Shown here: one piece after another, positions 29,599 through 39,343 of the stretch | Position numbering within the stretch: the stretch's first letter is position 1 | How the letters are laid out: the number at the start of each line of letters is the position of its first letter | Source of the DNA: Dehalococcoidia bacterium | GTDB lineage: Bacteria > Chloroflexota > Dehalococcoidia > Lucifugimonadales > QGNO01 | DNA length: 64,000 nucleotides | Assembly (NCBI GenBank): GCA_965249115.1 | Contig: CBDFLI010000002.1 | Coordinates: 2,106,636-2,170,635, forward strand | Reading direction: 5' to 3' | Notes under the pieces: generated by a model | Seen by the model: only the letters and a program-made list of their open reading frames with translations | Told to the model about the DNA's origin: nothing | Database searches by the model: none | Made by a program: the position numbers and the translations under genes

Positions 29599-31026
29599 AT
29601 GATTGATCTGGTGGTTAGAGGAGGCCAGGTGGTAACGGCGGACCGGGTCGCGGAGCTGGACGTAGCGGTCCAGGGAGGACGTATCCTCGCCGTCGCCGAA
29701 CCCGGTGTCATAACGGAGGATGCCGGACGCGTCATCGACGCCTCGGGTAAGATCGTTGTCCCCGGTGGCATTGACCCCCACACCCATATAGCCTGGCCCA
29801 TACCCGAGACCTGGGCCAAGCGCGAAGGCGCGGAGACCCAGACTCCTGAGCCCGCCAGCATGGCCGCCGCCTTTGGAGGCACCACCACCTTCGTTGACTT
29901 CGCGGCTCAGGGACCGGATACGCTACCCCTGGACGCCCTGGACCAGCGCATTGCCCGGTTCCAGGGACACTCCTACGTGGACTTCACCTTCCACCTTACC
30001 CTCCGGGGCGAAATCCCCTTCGAAGCCCTTGACCAGATAGGTGATGTCATCGCACGTGGCGTACCCAGCTTCAAGATATACACCACCTTCGGACGCAGGA
30101 CCCCGTCCAGCAAGGTGGACGACGGTCACCTGTGGGCCGCTATGGAGGAGGTGGCACGCCACGGCGGTATCATGGTCGTCCACGCCGAGGACGACGATAT
30201 CGTGGAGTTCATGCTCAAAAAGCTGAACAGGGAAGGCCGCAACGGCGCCGAGAACATCCACCTTGTCCACAACAACCTCTCGGAGGACGTATCATTTCGC
30301 AACGTCATCCGCCTGGCCCGGCACACGGGCGTGGGCGTCTATTTCGTCCACGTGACCGCCAAGGAGGGCGTCGCCGCCATCGCCGAGGCCCGGGCGGATG
30401 GCCTGCCCATTTACGGCGAAGCGCTGCACAACTACCTGGCCTTCACCTCCGACGACTACTCGAAGCCCGAGGGCCAGCTGTACCACACCTACCCGGCGCT
30501 GAAGTTCGCCGACGACCGGGACGCGCTGTGGGAAGGCGTCCTTGGCGGCGGTGTCGCCACCGTTGCCACCGACGAGTACACGACGTACAAGTCCACGAAG
30601 CTGGCGGGCCAGACCATCGACGACGTATGCGGCGGGCACAACGGCATCGAGACGCGCATGCCCATTGTCTTCTCCGAGGGCGTGAAGAAGCGTGGCATGT
30701 CCCTGCAACGGTTTGTGGAGGTCACATCAACCAACGCAGCGCGCCTCATGGGTATGTACCCCCGGAAAGGTGTCCTGGCGCCGGGCAGCGACGCTGACAT
30801 TGTTCTTATCGACCCCAACGTCCGTAAGAAGCTGGCCCTGAACGACCTCCACGCCGATACAGACTACAGCATCTGGGAAGGGTGGGACCTGGAGGGTTAT
30901 CCCGTCACCACCATTCTGCGGGGTAAGGTCATTGTGGAGGATGGTCAGCTTAAGGGCAGCCCCGACGATGGCAAGTTCCTTGAGCGCGTAATCGCTGACG
31001 ACATTTTGAAGCGCCCCGCATGCTAG
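29599..31026 (+). CDS. Dihydropyrimidinase/hydantoinase-like cyclic amidohydrolase (paralogue 2)
   Basis: PGGIDPHTH, FGGTTTFVDFA, SFKIY, VHAED, STNAARLMGMYPRKGVLAPGSDAD. Confidence 0.9.
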   Translation: MIDLVVRGGQVVTADRVAELDVAVQGGRILAVAEPGVITEDAGRVIDASGKIVVPGGIDPHTHIAWPIPETWAKREGAETQTPEPASMAAAFGGTTTFVDFAAQGPDTLPLDALDQRIARFQGHSYVDFTFHLTLRGEIPFEALDQIGDVIARGVPSFKIYTTFGRRTPSSKVDDGHLWAAMEEVARHGGIMVVHAEDDDIVEFMLKKLNREGRNGAENIHLVHNNLSEDVSFRNVIRLARHTGVGVYFVHVTAKEGVAAIAEARADGLPIYGEALHNYLAFTSDDYSKPEGQLYHTYPALKFADDRDALWEGVLGGGVATVATDEYTTYKSTKLAGQTIDDVCGGHNGIETRMPIVFSEGVKKRGMSLQRFVEVTSTNAARLMGMYPRKGVLAPGSDADIVLIDPNVRKKLALNDLHADTDYSIWEGWDLEGYPVTTILRGKVIVEDGQLKGSPDDGKFLERVIADDILKRPAC

Positions 31027-31133
31027 GTGGGGCGTCCAGCTTCTTTCCGGAGTGGTTGGATGAGCACAACGTATCGAATCAGGGTAGAATGCCCAGAACA
31101 TGATGAGCCTACCTCAAAGAAGATGGTGTACTG

Positions 31134-31850
31134 ATGGATAGGGCACAGCCGACCATGCGGGGGCATTTGCGCGACCTGGGTGTGGAGACGGAGGTCATTC
31201 TCCAGGGGTCGTTGATGGAGACGCTGAAGGTGACTGACCGGAACTTTGAAGAGGTGAAGGTGCTGGCGCACAAGTTGCCGGCCAGCCGGTCCATAATGGA
31301 CGGCATCAGGGGCCCGCGTGGGTACCAGCACTACTATGAGGTCCATTACATTGTGAGGGGGTATCCCTTCACACAGGAGGAGCCTCAAGGAGACGGCACC
31401 GCCGGTCCTTCCTCTGGTCGGGTACCTTCACCGCGGTGGGCCTTTGCTCTGACACCCCTGGTCGCGCTTTTCCTGGGCATCATTGGCGCCGACTTTGGAA
31501 CGATAGCTCTGGCCGTTGCGACGGTGCTGGGCCTGGCGATAATCTATAAGTTGTGGCTGCGTCATGCCGATAAGGACTGGAGGGCCACGTCTATTAACGA
31601 TGGCACAGACGTTATATGGAAAGGTGGGGCCATATCCCGGGTCCTGAACCAGGAGACAGGGTTGAAGGCAGCGATGCCCACGGGAGAGCGGAAGAAAGTG
31701 ATCATATCTCCCAAGAGAAGCAAGGGGCTTGTGGAGGTACGCAGCGGCATCTTCGATTCAGTGCAGGAAGCCGTTTCATCCATAGAGGTGTTTGACGCCT
31801 ACGACGCGATAGCCGGGCATCTGCGGGACCTGAAGCGAGAGAGCGCCTAG
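31134..31850 (+). CDS. Hypothetical protein with central TM hairpin
   Basis: 238-aa ORF with genome-like codon usage; GHLRDL occurs near both termini. Confidence 0.6.
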   Translation: MDRAQPTMRGHLRDLGVETEVILQGSLMETLKVTDRNFEEVKVLAHKLPASRSIMDGIRGPRGYQHYYEVHYIVRGYPFTQEEPQGDGTAGPSSGRVPSPRWAFALTPLVALFLGIIGADFGTIALAVATVLGLAIIYKLWLRHADKDWRATSINDGTDVIWKGGAISRVLNQETGLKAAMPTGERKKVIISPKRSKGLVEVRSGIFDSVQEAVSSIEVFDAYDAIAGHLRDLKRESA

Positions 31851-31952
31851 CCCGGTAACTGGGCAAGTCTACTATCGGTTGGACTCTAGGGTGGGCATGA
31901 TCTGGCCAAGATGGAAGCTCCCACTGAACTGAGTCTCCAGGGAGGAATGGAA

Positions 31953-33053
31953 ATGGCAACTGACAGGCTTCGCGTCGGACTCATAGGTGCCAATGTAAAC
32001 TACGGCTGGGCGCCTCGTGCCCATCTACCCGCCCTGATGGCCCTGCCGGACATCGATCTGGTCGCGGTGTGCACGGCCCACGAGGATACGGCCAGGGAGA
32101 CAGCCGCTAAATTCGAGGTGCCCCTGGCGTTCCACAACCACCTGGATATGCTCCAACAGCCCGGGATTGACGCTGTGGCGGTACTTGTACGCGTGCCCAA
32201 CCACTACGAGCTGACTATGGCGGCGCTGGAAGCGGGCAAGCACGTCTACACCGAGTGGCCCCTGGGTGCGGACCTTCGAGAAGCAGAGGAGATGGCGGGA
32301 CTTGCACGGAGCAAGGGAGTTTGCACAATGGTCGGCCTCCAGGCGCGTTGCTCCCCGGCCCATCTTGCCATGAAGGAGATGGTCGAGGACGGATACGTGG
32401 GAGAAGTGCTTTCCTGCCACATGACCCAGTTTGGGTCGGGCGTGCTCAACAGGACATCGGACCGCACCTGGCAACGGGACAGGACATTGGGCGCCAATAC
32501 GCTGACCATTGCCTTTGGCCACACAATTGACGCGCTTTGCATGTGCCTGGGCGAGTTCAAGGACGTGTCCGCAGTGGTCAGCACCCGGGTGCCTCAGTGG
32601 CATGAGACGGACACTAAGCGTTCAGTAGACGTTACCTCCCCGGACAACATTCTCGTCTCCGGCACACTGGAAAGCGGAGCCGTCGTCTCAGCCCACGTTG
32701 CATCTCAGCCGTGGCACGGCAGTGGCTTCCGCTTGGAGGTGTACGGTAGGGAAGGCACGCTGGTACTCACGTCGCTGGATAACGCTCAGATAGGTTCCGC
32801 GCGGTTGGAAGGAGCGAAGGGCGCCGATTCTGCCCTGGAGACAATACCCGTCACATCCCAACACCGGTGGGTGCCCGGGTCCGTGCCCGAAGGTCCCCCT
32901 TACAACGTCGCCCAGATGTGGAGCCGCTTTGCCGATGCTATCCGTAACGATGGACCCGTGGAACCGGACTTCGACCTGGCCGTGAGGCGACACCGACTTC
33001 TGGACGCAATTCAGCGGGCGTCAGACACAGGGCAGAAGCAGACTGTGCAGTAA
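31953..33053 (+). CDS. Gfo/Idh/MocA oxidoreductase
   Basis: LRVGLIGA, AGKHVYTEWP, VGLQAR, GHTID; start after GGAGG. Confidence 0.92.
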   Translation: MATDRLRVGLIGANVNYGWAPRAHLPALMALPDIDLVAVCTAHEDTARETAAKFEVPLAFHNHLDMLQQPGIDAVAVLVRVPNHYELTMAALEAGKHVYTEWPLGADLREAEEMAGLARSKGVCTMVGLQARCSPAHLAMKEMVEDGYVGEVLSCHMTQFGSGVLNRTSDRTWQRDRTLGANTLTIAFGHTIDALCMCLGEFKDVSAVVSTRVPQWHETDTKRSVDVTSPDNILVSGTLESGAVVSAHVASQPWHGSGFRLEVYGREGTLVLTSLDNAQIGSARLEGAKGADSALETIPVTSQHRWVPGSVPEGPPYNVAQMWSRFADAIRNDGPVEPDFDLAVRRHRLLDAIQRASDTGQKQTVQ

Positions 33054-33121
33054 GGGACTTAGTCGTTGCCGGGCTGTTCTGGTGGTGGGCAGAGACCGGC
33101 TGCCACCATCGCCACCTGTCT

Positions 33122-33643
33122 CTAAGCCCGCCTGACCATGCGCCACTGGATGAGGCCCGTAGCATAGGTATCACAGCTAACAGTCTTGAAGGACGTAGTC
33201 GCAGCTCCGGGCGCAAAAAGGGGGATGCCCTTCCCCAGCACCAGGGGGAAGGCCGTCAGGATGATCTCGTCGATGAGGCCCGCATTGAGCATGACGGTGT
33301 TGACCTGCCCGCCGCCGATCAGCCATATATCCTTGCCCGGCTCCTCCTTCAACGAGCGGACGAAAGCGGCGATGTCCCCCGAAACAAAGCGCACGTGAGG
33401 CGTATTAGGGCCCGGCGTGCCTCTGGTGAAGACGTAGTTTGTCGTCTCAGGGTACGGGAACTGGTCAACGGTCAGGGTCAGGCCATACGTCGTGTTACCC
33501 ATAAGGGTCGTGTCTACGGACGAGTAGAACTCATGGTATCCGTAGTCCAGGTCTCCGGCGGTATCAAGCCAGTCAATCTCACCCTGTGGTCCGGCTATGT
33601 AGGAGTCCAGGGTCGTCGCTATGTAGAGCTTCAGCTTTTTCAT
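33122..33643 (-). CDS. Dihydrofolate reductase-like (RibD C-terminal domain) protein
   Basis: LYIATTLDSYIA, LMGNTTY, DIWLIGGG, LIDEIILTAFPLVLGKGIPLF. Confidence 0.9.
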   Translation of the reverse strand: MKKLKLYIATTLDSYIAGPQGEIDWLDTAGDLDYGYHEFYSSVDTTLMGNTTYGLTLTVDQFPYPETTNYVFTRGTPGPNTPHVRFVSGDIAAFVRSLKEEPGKDIWLIGGGQVNTVMLNAGLIDEIILTAFPLVLGKGIPLFAPGAATTSFKTVSCDTYATGLIQWRMVRRA

Positions 33644-33671
33644 GCAGGTCGCGTTCAGCCGAAAACCTGGA

Positions 33672-33866
33672 CTACTTGACACGGCCTCTGAGTCGAGTGG
33701 ATACGTACAGCGCAATCATCCCGCCCAGGAGCGTCACCAGTCCCGTCCATGCCCAGAAGGGCTGGCCTGTCATGAAGCTCCCGCCCAGCTGGCCGGTGCC
33801 CTGGAACAGCCATGTGACGCCTATTACCGACGCCAGACCGCCGACTATTCTCAGTGTCCATTTCAT
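33672..33866 (-). CDS. Small 2-TM membrane protein
   Basis: GVTWLFQGTGQLGGSFMTGQPFWA; ATGA overlap with the upstream stop codon. Confidence 0.7.
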   Translation of the reverse strand: MKWTLRIVGGLASVIGVTWLFQGTGQLGGSFMTGQPFWAWTGLVTLLGGMIALYVSTRLRGRVK

Positions 33867-34909
33867 AGCCCGCTGGTGTCTATCTCTCTGGTTACGGAGC
33901 GTGACGTCACACCGCCTCCCCACATGGGTATAACGGCGGCCCATACCCCGGCTTCACCGCCTGCGGGAACGACGACTATATCGTCAGGGACCTGGCAAAC
34001 GGGCACTTGCCGGTCCCCGTCGCCCTCCGCGCTATCCGGTTCCGCTTTGCTCACCTGTACCCACTCCTCGAACGTGCGCCGGGCGTGCAGGTGCAGGAAC
34101 TTCCTTACCCGGTCCTTGCTCCAGCCCGCTTCTTGAATCGGCCCCATCAACTCGCGGGCTATCACCACCATCATCTCGCCCTGGCCCGGGCCAAAGGCCA
34201 GCATCGTGTCGGCGACGCTCCTCAGTACGCTCTCCGGCGTGTTGCCTACCCTGTTCTCTACCTGAGCGGGGGCCATGGCTGCGAAGGCCGTCACGGCGCT
34301 GGTGCCGGTAGTCAGGCCTCGCTCCACGTGGAGCGGCTCCCACGGACTGGACTCTTCGTCCTCCGCAAAGCAGAAGGAGTATTTGCCTGGGTGGCCCAGG
34401 GTGGACTGGTCCATGACGCCGGGAGTGGCCCCACAAACGTTCATCAGGATCAGTCGCATGGCTCGACCAACAGTGGCGTTGGCCCGCCATCCGGGCCCCA
34501 GGGCGTTGCCACCGCTGTTGAAGTCCAGTCGCTCCCTCACCGGGCCGTTGACAACCAGGAGAACCGACGCTCCCATAGTGCTGGCGGTGGTCCCGTGCAG
34601 GTTGTAGGGGTCTTCGCAGATGGCCCGTACCGCCGCGGCTACCACGGGCATGTACTCCGGCAGGCAGCCGGCCATTACGGCGTTGATAGCCGCCTTCTCC
34701 GCGGTTATCACCCTGCCCCGCACCGGCACCACTCCCAGGACATCGGAAGGAGCCAGCCCTGCCCGTTCCAGGGCCGCATGCACCTTCTCCCGTGTGGGAG
34801 GCACCACCGGCAGGCCGTCGGTCCAGCCCTGCTGGTAGTAGAACTCGATGGCGTCATCCACACCGGGTAACCGGTGCTCCTGGGAGATAAGGGGTCGTTT
34901 GCTGCTCAT
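33863..34909 (-). CDS. Conserved hypothetical protein of the GWTDGLP family
   Basis: GWTDGLPVVPPT, KAAINAVMAGC, RANATVGRA, LGHPGK, EDEESSPWEPLHVERG, VPAGG. Confidence 0.8.
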   Translation of the reverse strand: MSSKRPLISQEHRLPGVDDAIEFYYQQGWTDGLPVVPPTREKVHAALERAGLAPSDVLGVVPVRGRVITAEKAAINAVMAGCLPEYMPVVAAAVRAICEDPYNLHGTTASTMGASVLLVVNGPVRERLDFNSGGNALGPGWRANATVGRAMRLILMNVCGATPGVMDQSTLGHPGKYSFCFAEDEESSPWEPLHVERGLTTGTSAVTAFAAMAPAQVENRVGNTPESVLRSVADTMLAFGPGQGEMMVVIARELMGPIQEAGWSKDRVRKFLHLHARRTFEEWVQVSKAEPDSAEGDGDRQVPVCQVPDDIVVVPAGGEAGVWAAVIPMWGGGVTSRSVTREIDTSGL

Positions 34910-35196
34910 GTGCGCTCCGTGAATGAACGGATTATACAGTGTTTGCTCAGGAGGAGCGCCGTTCACGGCACTGGCTCATCACCGGTGTGCATTCTACGAC
35001 CTGGGCACATTGCCCGGCCCTGATGACAATGACTGGGGACGTAGGAACAAGGTGGGTACACCTACAGGATTACAGGCCTTCCAGCATGCGTCGGGCGGTG
35101 CCCATCTGATACGTTGGACATTGCGCCCTGGATGCTTGATGTTTGCGCCCGTTATCCACAGTAGGTCCCTAAGACACATTTCTCAAAGGATGGCAG

Positions 35197-35670
35197 ATGA
35201 AAGAGGAATACATAAACCCTTTTCTTGTCCCGGCAAGGCTGGTGTGGAAGAAGGAGCTGGGTGTTGACCTGGAGTTAGCCAACGCCACCAAGGTCTCGCA
35301 TCAGTTCACCACCGACGACATAACAGCAGTTATAGGCGTTAGCGGCTCACTGGAGGGCAACGTCTTATACGGGTTCCATCAGGACACCGCCAAGTCCGTG
35401 GTCAGCAAGATGATGGAGAGCGTAGTCACCGAATTCGACGAGATGGCACTGTCGGCTCTGGGTGAGATCGCCAACATGATTACAGGCAACGCGGCTACAG
35501 GGCTGTCCAACGCGGGTTATCCGTGCCAGATCAGCCCGCCGGTCCTCATAGAGCCCGCCGGGAGCACGTTCACAACAATGGCCGGGCCACAGATACTGGT
35601 GGCGTTCACCAGTGAGCTTGGCCCGCTCCACATCCGGATTAGCCTTACGGAGAAGAGTGTCGGAGCGTAG
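35197..35670 (+). CDS. cheX: CheX-like phosphatase
   Basis: YINPFL start, AVIGVSGSLEG, catalytic SALGEIANMITGNA, ISPPVLI. Confidence 0.88.
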   Translation: MKEEYINPFLVPARLVWKKELGVDLELANATKVSHQFTTDDITAVIGVSGSLEGNVLYGFHQDTAKSVVSKMMESVVTEFDEMALSALGEIANMITGNAATGLSNAGYPCQISPPVLIEPAGSTFTTMAGPQILVAFTSELGPLHIRISLTEKSVGA

Positions 35671-35685
35671 CGCCGTACGCCTGTC

Positions 35686-36861
35686 CTACCGTATCCGTCT
35701 GCCCGCCTGGAATACCGACCATACGTTTCCCAGGGCAGCCGGGTCCGAGTATGGGTCGCCGTCTATCAGCACCATGTCCGCCACCTTTCCCACCTCCAGC
35801 GTCCCCACGTCGTCCTGAATACCCAGCAGCGTAGCCGCAACGCTGGTCGCCGACTCCAGCGCCTGGGGAGGCGTCAGGCCGTGCTCCACCATGAGCTCCA
35901 GCTCACGGTGGAGCATCCCGTGCCGTGCCGATGAGCCTCCCGCATCGGACCCCGGTACCACCTTCACACCCGCTTGCACGGCCCGACGGAAACTGGCCCG
36001 TGACTCCTCCGCACGCTGCTCCGTTGCGGCCAGTGTCTCCTGGCTCTCGCCCTCCATGTGGCCCTGCATCAGCCGGGCGTCCCAGGTGGACATGGTAGGC
36101 ACCAGGTACGTGCCCTTCCGGGCCATGAGCTGCGCCGTGGCGTCGTCTATAAATGTCCCGTGTTCAATGGAGTCGATGCCGGCCTCCACGGCCTGGTGTG
36201 TGCCTTCATAGCCGACGGAGTGGGCCGCTATCTTCAGTCCGGCCTCGTGGGCCGCCTTGACGGCGGCTTCCAGTACGTCCGGCCCCAGCGTTGGAAACTG
36301 CTCGCCGGACTCCGTAAACCCGGTGGAACCCACTTTGATGAGCCCCGCGCCACGCTGGACCTGGTCTTGAATTGCCAGGACCATCTCCTCCAGGGAATGT
36401 AACGTCCTCACGAAGGGCCCCCACGTCCCCGGGAAGGCCAGCCACTCGCCCGCCGCCAGGATGCGCGGCCCCATGACGCCGCCCGCAGCCACCGACTGAG
36501 CGAAGGGGATGTTGATGCCGTTCCGAGACCCCACGTCCCGTGCCGACGTAATGCCGGAGAGTAAGGCCCTCCTTGCGTTGCCCACCGCTTTGAGAGTCGC
36601 CACCTCCGGAGGGTCACCCGCCAGGATGGCAGCATTGCCAGGCCCGCCGTCGCTGGTGAAATGCTCGTGGCAGTCGATGAGCCCCGGGACCAGCGTGAAC
36701 CCCTGTCCGTTTATGTCTTCCCTGTGGACGTGGCTCCTGGGGTGGGACGCTTCGCTGCCTATCCACGTAATCCTTCCGTGCTCCACCTCCACGGTCACCG
36801 ACGGTACCGGCGCCGCCCCCGTGCCGTCTATCAACCGGACGTTACGTATGATGAGGTTCAT
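35686..36861 (-). CDS. Metal-dependent amidohydrolase (Xaa-Pro dipeptidase-like)
   Basis: PGLIDCHEH, SGITSARDVG, IKV, AAHS, SIEHG, GSDAG, GKVADMV. Confidence 0.9.
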   Translation of the reverse strand: MNLIIRNVRLIDGTGAAPVPSVTVEVEHGRITWIGSEASHPRSHVHREDINGQGFTLVPGLIDCHEHFTSDGGPGNAAILAGDPPEVATLKAVGNARRALLSGITSARDVGSRNGINIPFAQSVAAGGVMGPRILAAGEWLAFPGTWGPFVRTLHSLEEMVLAIQDQVQRGAGLIKVGSTGFTESGEQFPTLGPDVLEAAVKAAHEAGLKIAAHSVGYEGTHQAVEAGIDSIEHGTFIDDATAQLMARKGTYLVPTMSTWDARLMQGHMEGESQETLAATEQRAEESRASFRRAVQAGVKVVPGSDAGGSSARHGMLHRELELMVEHGLTPPQALESATSVAATLLGIQDDVGTLEVGKVADMVLIDGDPYSDPAALGNVWSVFQAGRRIR

Positions 36862-37067
36862 GGGATCCCTCCTGTTACTTGCCGCCGTCCACAACATTCT
36901 AACGAATGTGCCAGAAGCTACCACCCACTGGTAGTGGAGACCTTGCTTTACACTCGGTCTTATTGCTGGTCCACAGTCCATTTGTTGGACTCTACCTGCG
37001 TGTTCCCTCTACTGTCCAGGTGTGCGACGGTTGCGAAACCGCTGCGTTGCGCACTCACAGCCGTCCA

Positions 37068-38336
37068 TTACGTGGCCCTCCTCATAGGCACAAAGAGGGA
37101 TGCCACGGCCGTTGTGGTTACAATAATCGCAGAAAAGTAGAATACGCCGTCCGTTCCGTAGTTCTGGCGCAGCCAACCGGCTATGATGGGAGACAGGGAG
37201 CCGAATATGGCCCCACCGGTGAACACAAGGGCGGTGGCAGAGCCTTCCATTCCCTTTTGGGTTGCGTCCAACGCAGTGGCCAGCATGATGGGGTTCACGG
37301 AGTACAGGAACAACCCCAGCAGCGCCAGGATTACAGTGAAGCTGAACCCGTCGCCGAACACCAGGAGGGAAAACACCAGGACGGCTATGGCGCTCAGCCC
37401 CACGAAAATGACCGGGCGCCGCCCTATTCTGTCCGCGGTCCACCCCATTACGGGTGCGAACCCAATGCCGAACAACGTCAGCAGCGCCACGTGATACCCT
37501 ATTTTGAAATCGGAGAATGCCAGGTCCTCGGCCATGTAGATGACGATGAAGATATTCAGAGCGTTGTGGGCCATGGCGCGAACGGTAGCCAGCACCGTCA
37601 TGCTCAGCACGGCGCTGTTGGTCAGCAGAGGCTTCACCGCCTCCAGGTAGGTCCTGAAAGACGCGCCTTCACTATCGCCGCCGGTGGTCCCTCTGTATGC
37701 CAGGAATATTGAAGCGGCGCTCAGCAGCGCGGGTATCACCAGGAGGAGGGCCAGCGACTGCCACTCCAGGCCACCCCATTCCAGTCCCCAGAGAGTAAAA
37801 CCACCCAGTAGAACACCCACAACAATGGGCGAAACGCTGTCGCCTATGGAGCCTCCCATGCGGTGAACGGCCAACGCCGTCGCGCGGCGGCTTGGATACA
37901 CCGCCGCCAGCGTCCCGAACGCAGGGGCGTGCCAGAACGACGTGCCGATGCCGGTGGCGGCAACGCCCACCAGCAATACCCCGTAGCCGGGAGAGACGCC
38001 TATTATCAGGTAGCCAATGGCCAGGGAGGAGAGGCTCGCAGCCAGGATCAGGGCAACCTGGCTGCGCCACATATCCGCCACGATACCCGCGGGGATATTG
38101 ATGCCGGCGCTGAATATCGTGCGAGCCGAGCCTATGATCCCTATCTGTACGTCGGTGAGACCCAGGCTCGTCTTGATGGCTGGCAGCAACAGCAGGAGCG
38201 CCTGCTGATAGAAGTGCTTGACGGCATGCCCACCTGATAGGCCCAGCATGAACCCCAGCGACGGCTCTTGCGTCACCTGTCGCTGAAAATCCTGGGATCC
38301 CTCCGGGGGCTGGGCCGATGTTTTCGTCGTGTCCAT
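37068..38336 (-). CDS. MFS transporter
   Basis: 12 TM pattern; GWTADRIGRR motif; start approximate. Confidence 0.88.
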   Translation of the reverse strand: MDTTKTSAQPPEGSQDFQRQVTQEPSLGFMLGLSGGHAVKHFYQQALLLLLPAIKTSLGLTDVQIGIIGSARTIFSAGINIPAGIVADMWRSQVALILAASLSSLAIGYLIIGVSPGYGVLLVGVAATGIGTSFWHAPAFGTLAAVYPSRRATALAVHRMGGSIGDSVSPIVVGVLLGGFTLWGLEWGGLEWQSLALLLVIPALLSAASIFLAYRGTTGGDSEGASFRTYLEAVKPLLTNSAVLSMTVLATVRAMAHNALNIFIVIYMAEDLAFSDFKIGYHVALLTLFGIGFAPVMGWTADRIGRRPVIFVGLSAIAVLVFSLLVFGDGFSFTVILALLGLFLYSVNPIMLATALDATQKGMEGSATALVFTGGAIFGSLSPIIAGWLRQNYGTDGVFYFSAIIVTTTAVASLFVPMRRAT

Positions 38337-38441
38337 ACTGATACGGGGAGTGTTCACCATACTATAAGGGAACTCCCTGTCAAAACAACATGGGCGCACG
38401 TCCACGGTTGTATAATGCCCGTGGCTTAAGGAGGGTCACAG

Positions 38442-39317
38442 ATGGGGAATCGGTTCGATGGCAAAGTGGCGGTGGTCTCCGGTGGAGGCAGAGGAATAGG
38501 CAGGGCAGTCGCGCTCCTCCTGGCCGAGGAAGGGGCCTCCGTGGTGGTCAACGACCTGGGCTGTGAGACCGACGGGACCGGACACCAGACAGGTCCCGCG
38601 GATGATGCGGTCAGGGAGGTCCGACGCATGGGAGGCAGGGCCGTGGCCGACTACCAGGACGTTTCCACCCTGGCCGGCGCCGAGGCGCTGGTCCGTAAGG
38701 CCGTGGACGACTACGGCAGGCTGGACATCCTTGTCAACAGCGTCGGCGTCCGTCGTGACAGTATGATCGCTGAAATGGCACCGGAGGACTGGGACGCCGT
38801 CCTACGCAACAACCTCAAAGGGTTTTTCACTGTAACAAGGTACGCCTGTAGTCAGATGCGGCACCAGGGAAGCGGGCGTATTGTCAACATGGTCTCCGAC
38901 GCCGGTATAAGTTCCACTCGTATGTCCAACTACGCTGCCGCCACGGAGGGGGTCGTGGGTCTCACCAGGACGGTGGCCCTGGAAATGGAGAGATACGGTG
39001 TGACCTGCAACGCCGTCTCCCCCCTGGCAAAGACGCGCCTGTTCCCTGATATGGTGAACGCGCCCGGGCCCTTCGAAAAAATAGGCGCCCAAAACGGGTC
39101 TGAAACTTGGGACGCACCGGAGGCCGCCGCTCCTCTGATAGCGTACCTGTGCACCGACGGAGCGGCCGGCGTGAGTGGACGCGTCTTCGGCGTACGCGGT
39201 GGCGACGTCTACCTCTACTCCGGTCCCAGCGTACAACGCGCCATCTATGCGCCGGGCCTGTTCAGCCTGGAGCAACTGGGCGACATGGTGCCTGGCGTGT
39301 TGCTGAATGACGGATAA
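38442..39317 (+). CDS. SDR oxidoreductase (VVVNDLG subtype)
   Basis: SGGGRGIG, VVVNDLG, YAAAT (catalytic Lys replaced by Thr), CNAVSP. Confidence 0.9.
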   Translation: MGNRFDGKVAVVSGGGRGIGRAVALLLAEEGASVVVNDLGCETDGTGHQTGPADDAVREVRRMGGRAVADYQDVSTLAGAEALVRKAVDDYGRLDILVNSVGVRRDSMIAEMAPEDWDAVLRNNLKGFFTVTRYACSQMRHQGSGRIVNMVSDAGISSTRMSNYAAATEGVVGLTRTVALEMERYGVTCNAVSPLAKTRLFPDMVNAPGPFEKIGAQNGSETWDAPEAAAPLIAYLCTDGAAGVSGRVFGVRGGDVYLYSGPSVQRAIYAPGLFSLEQLGDMVPGVLLNDG

Positions 39318-39343
39318 TATAGCCTTGAAATAAGGGGGACAGT

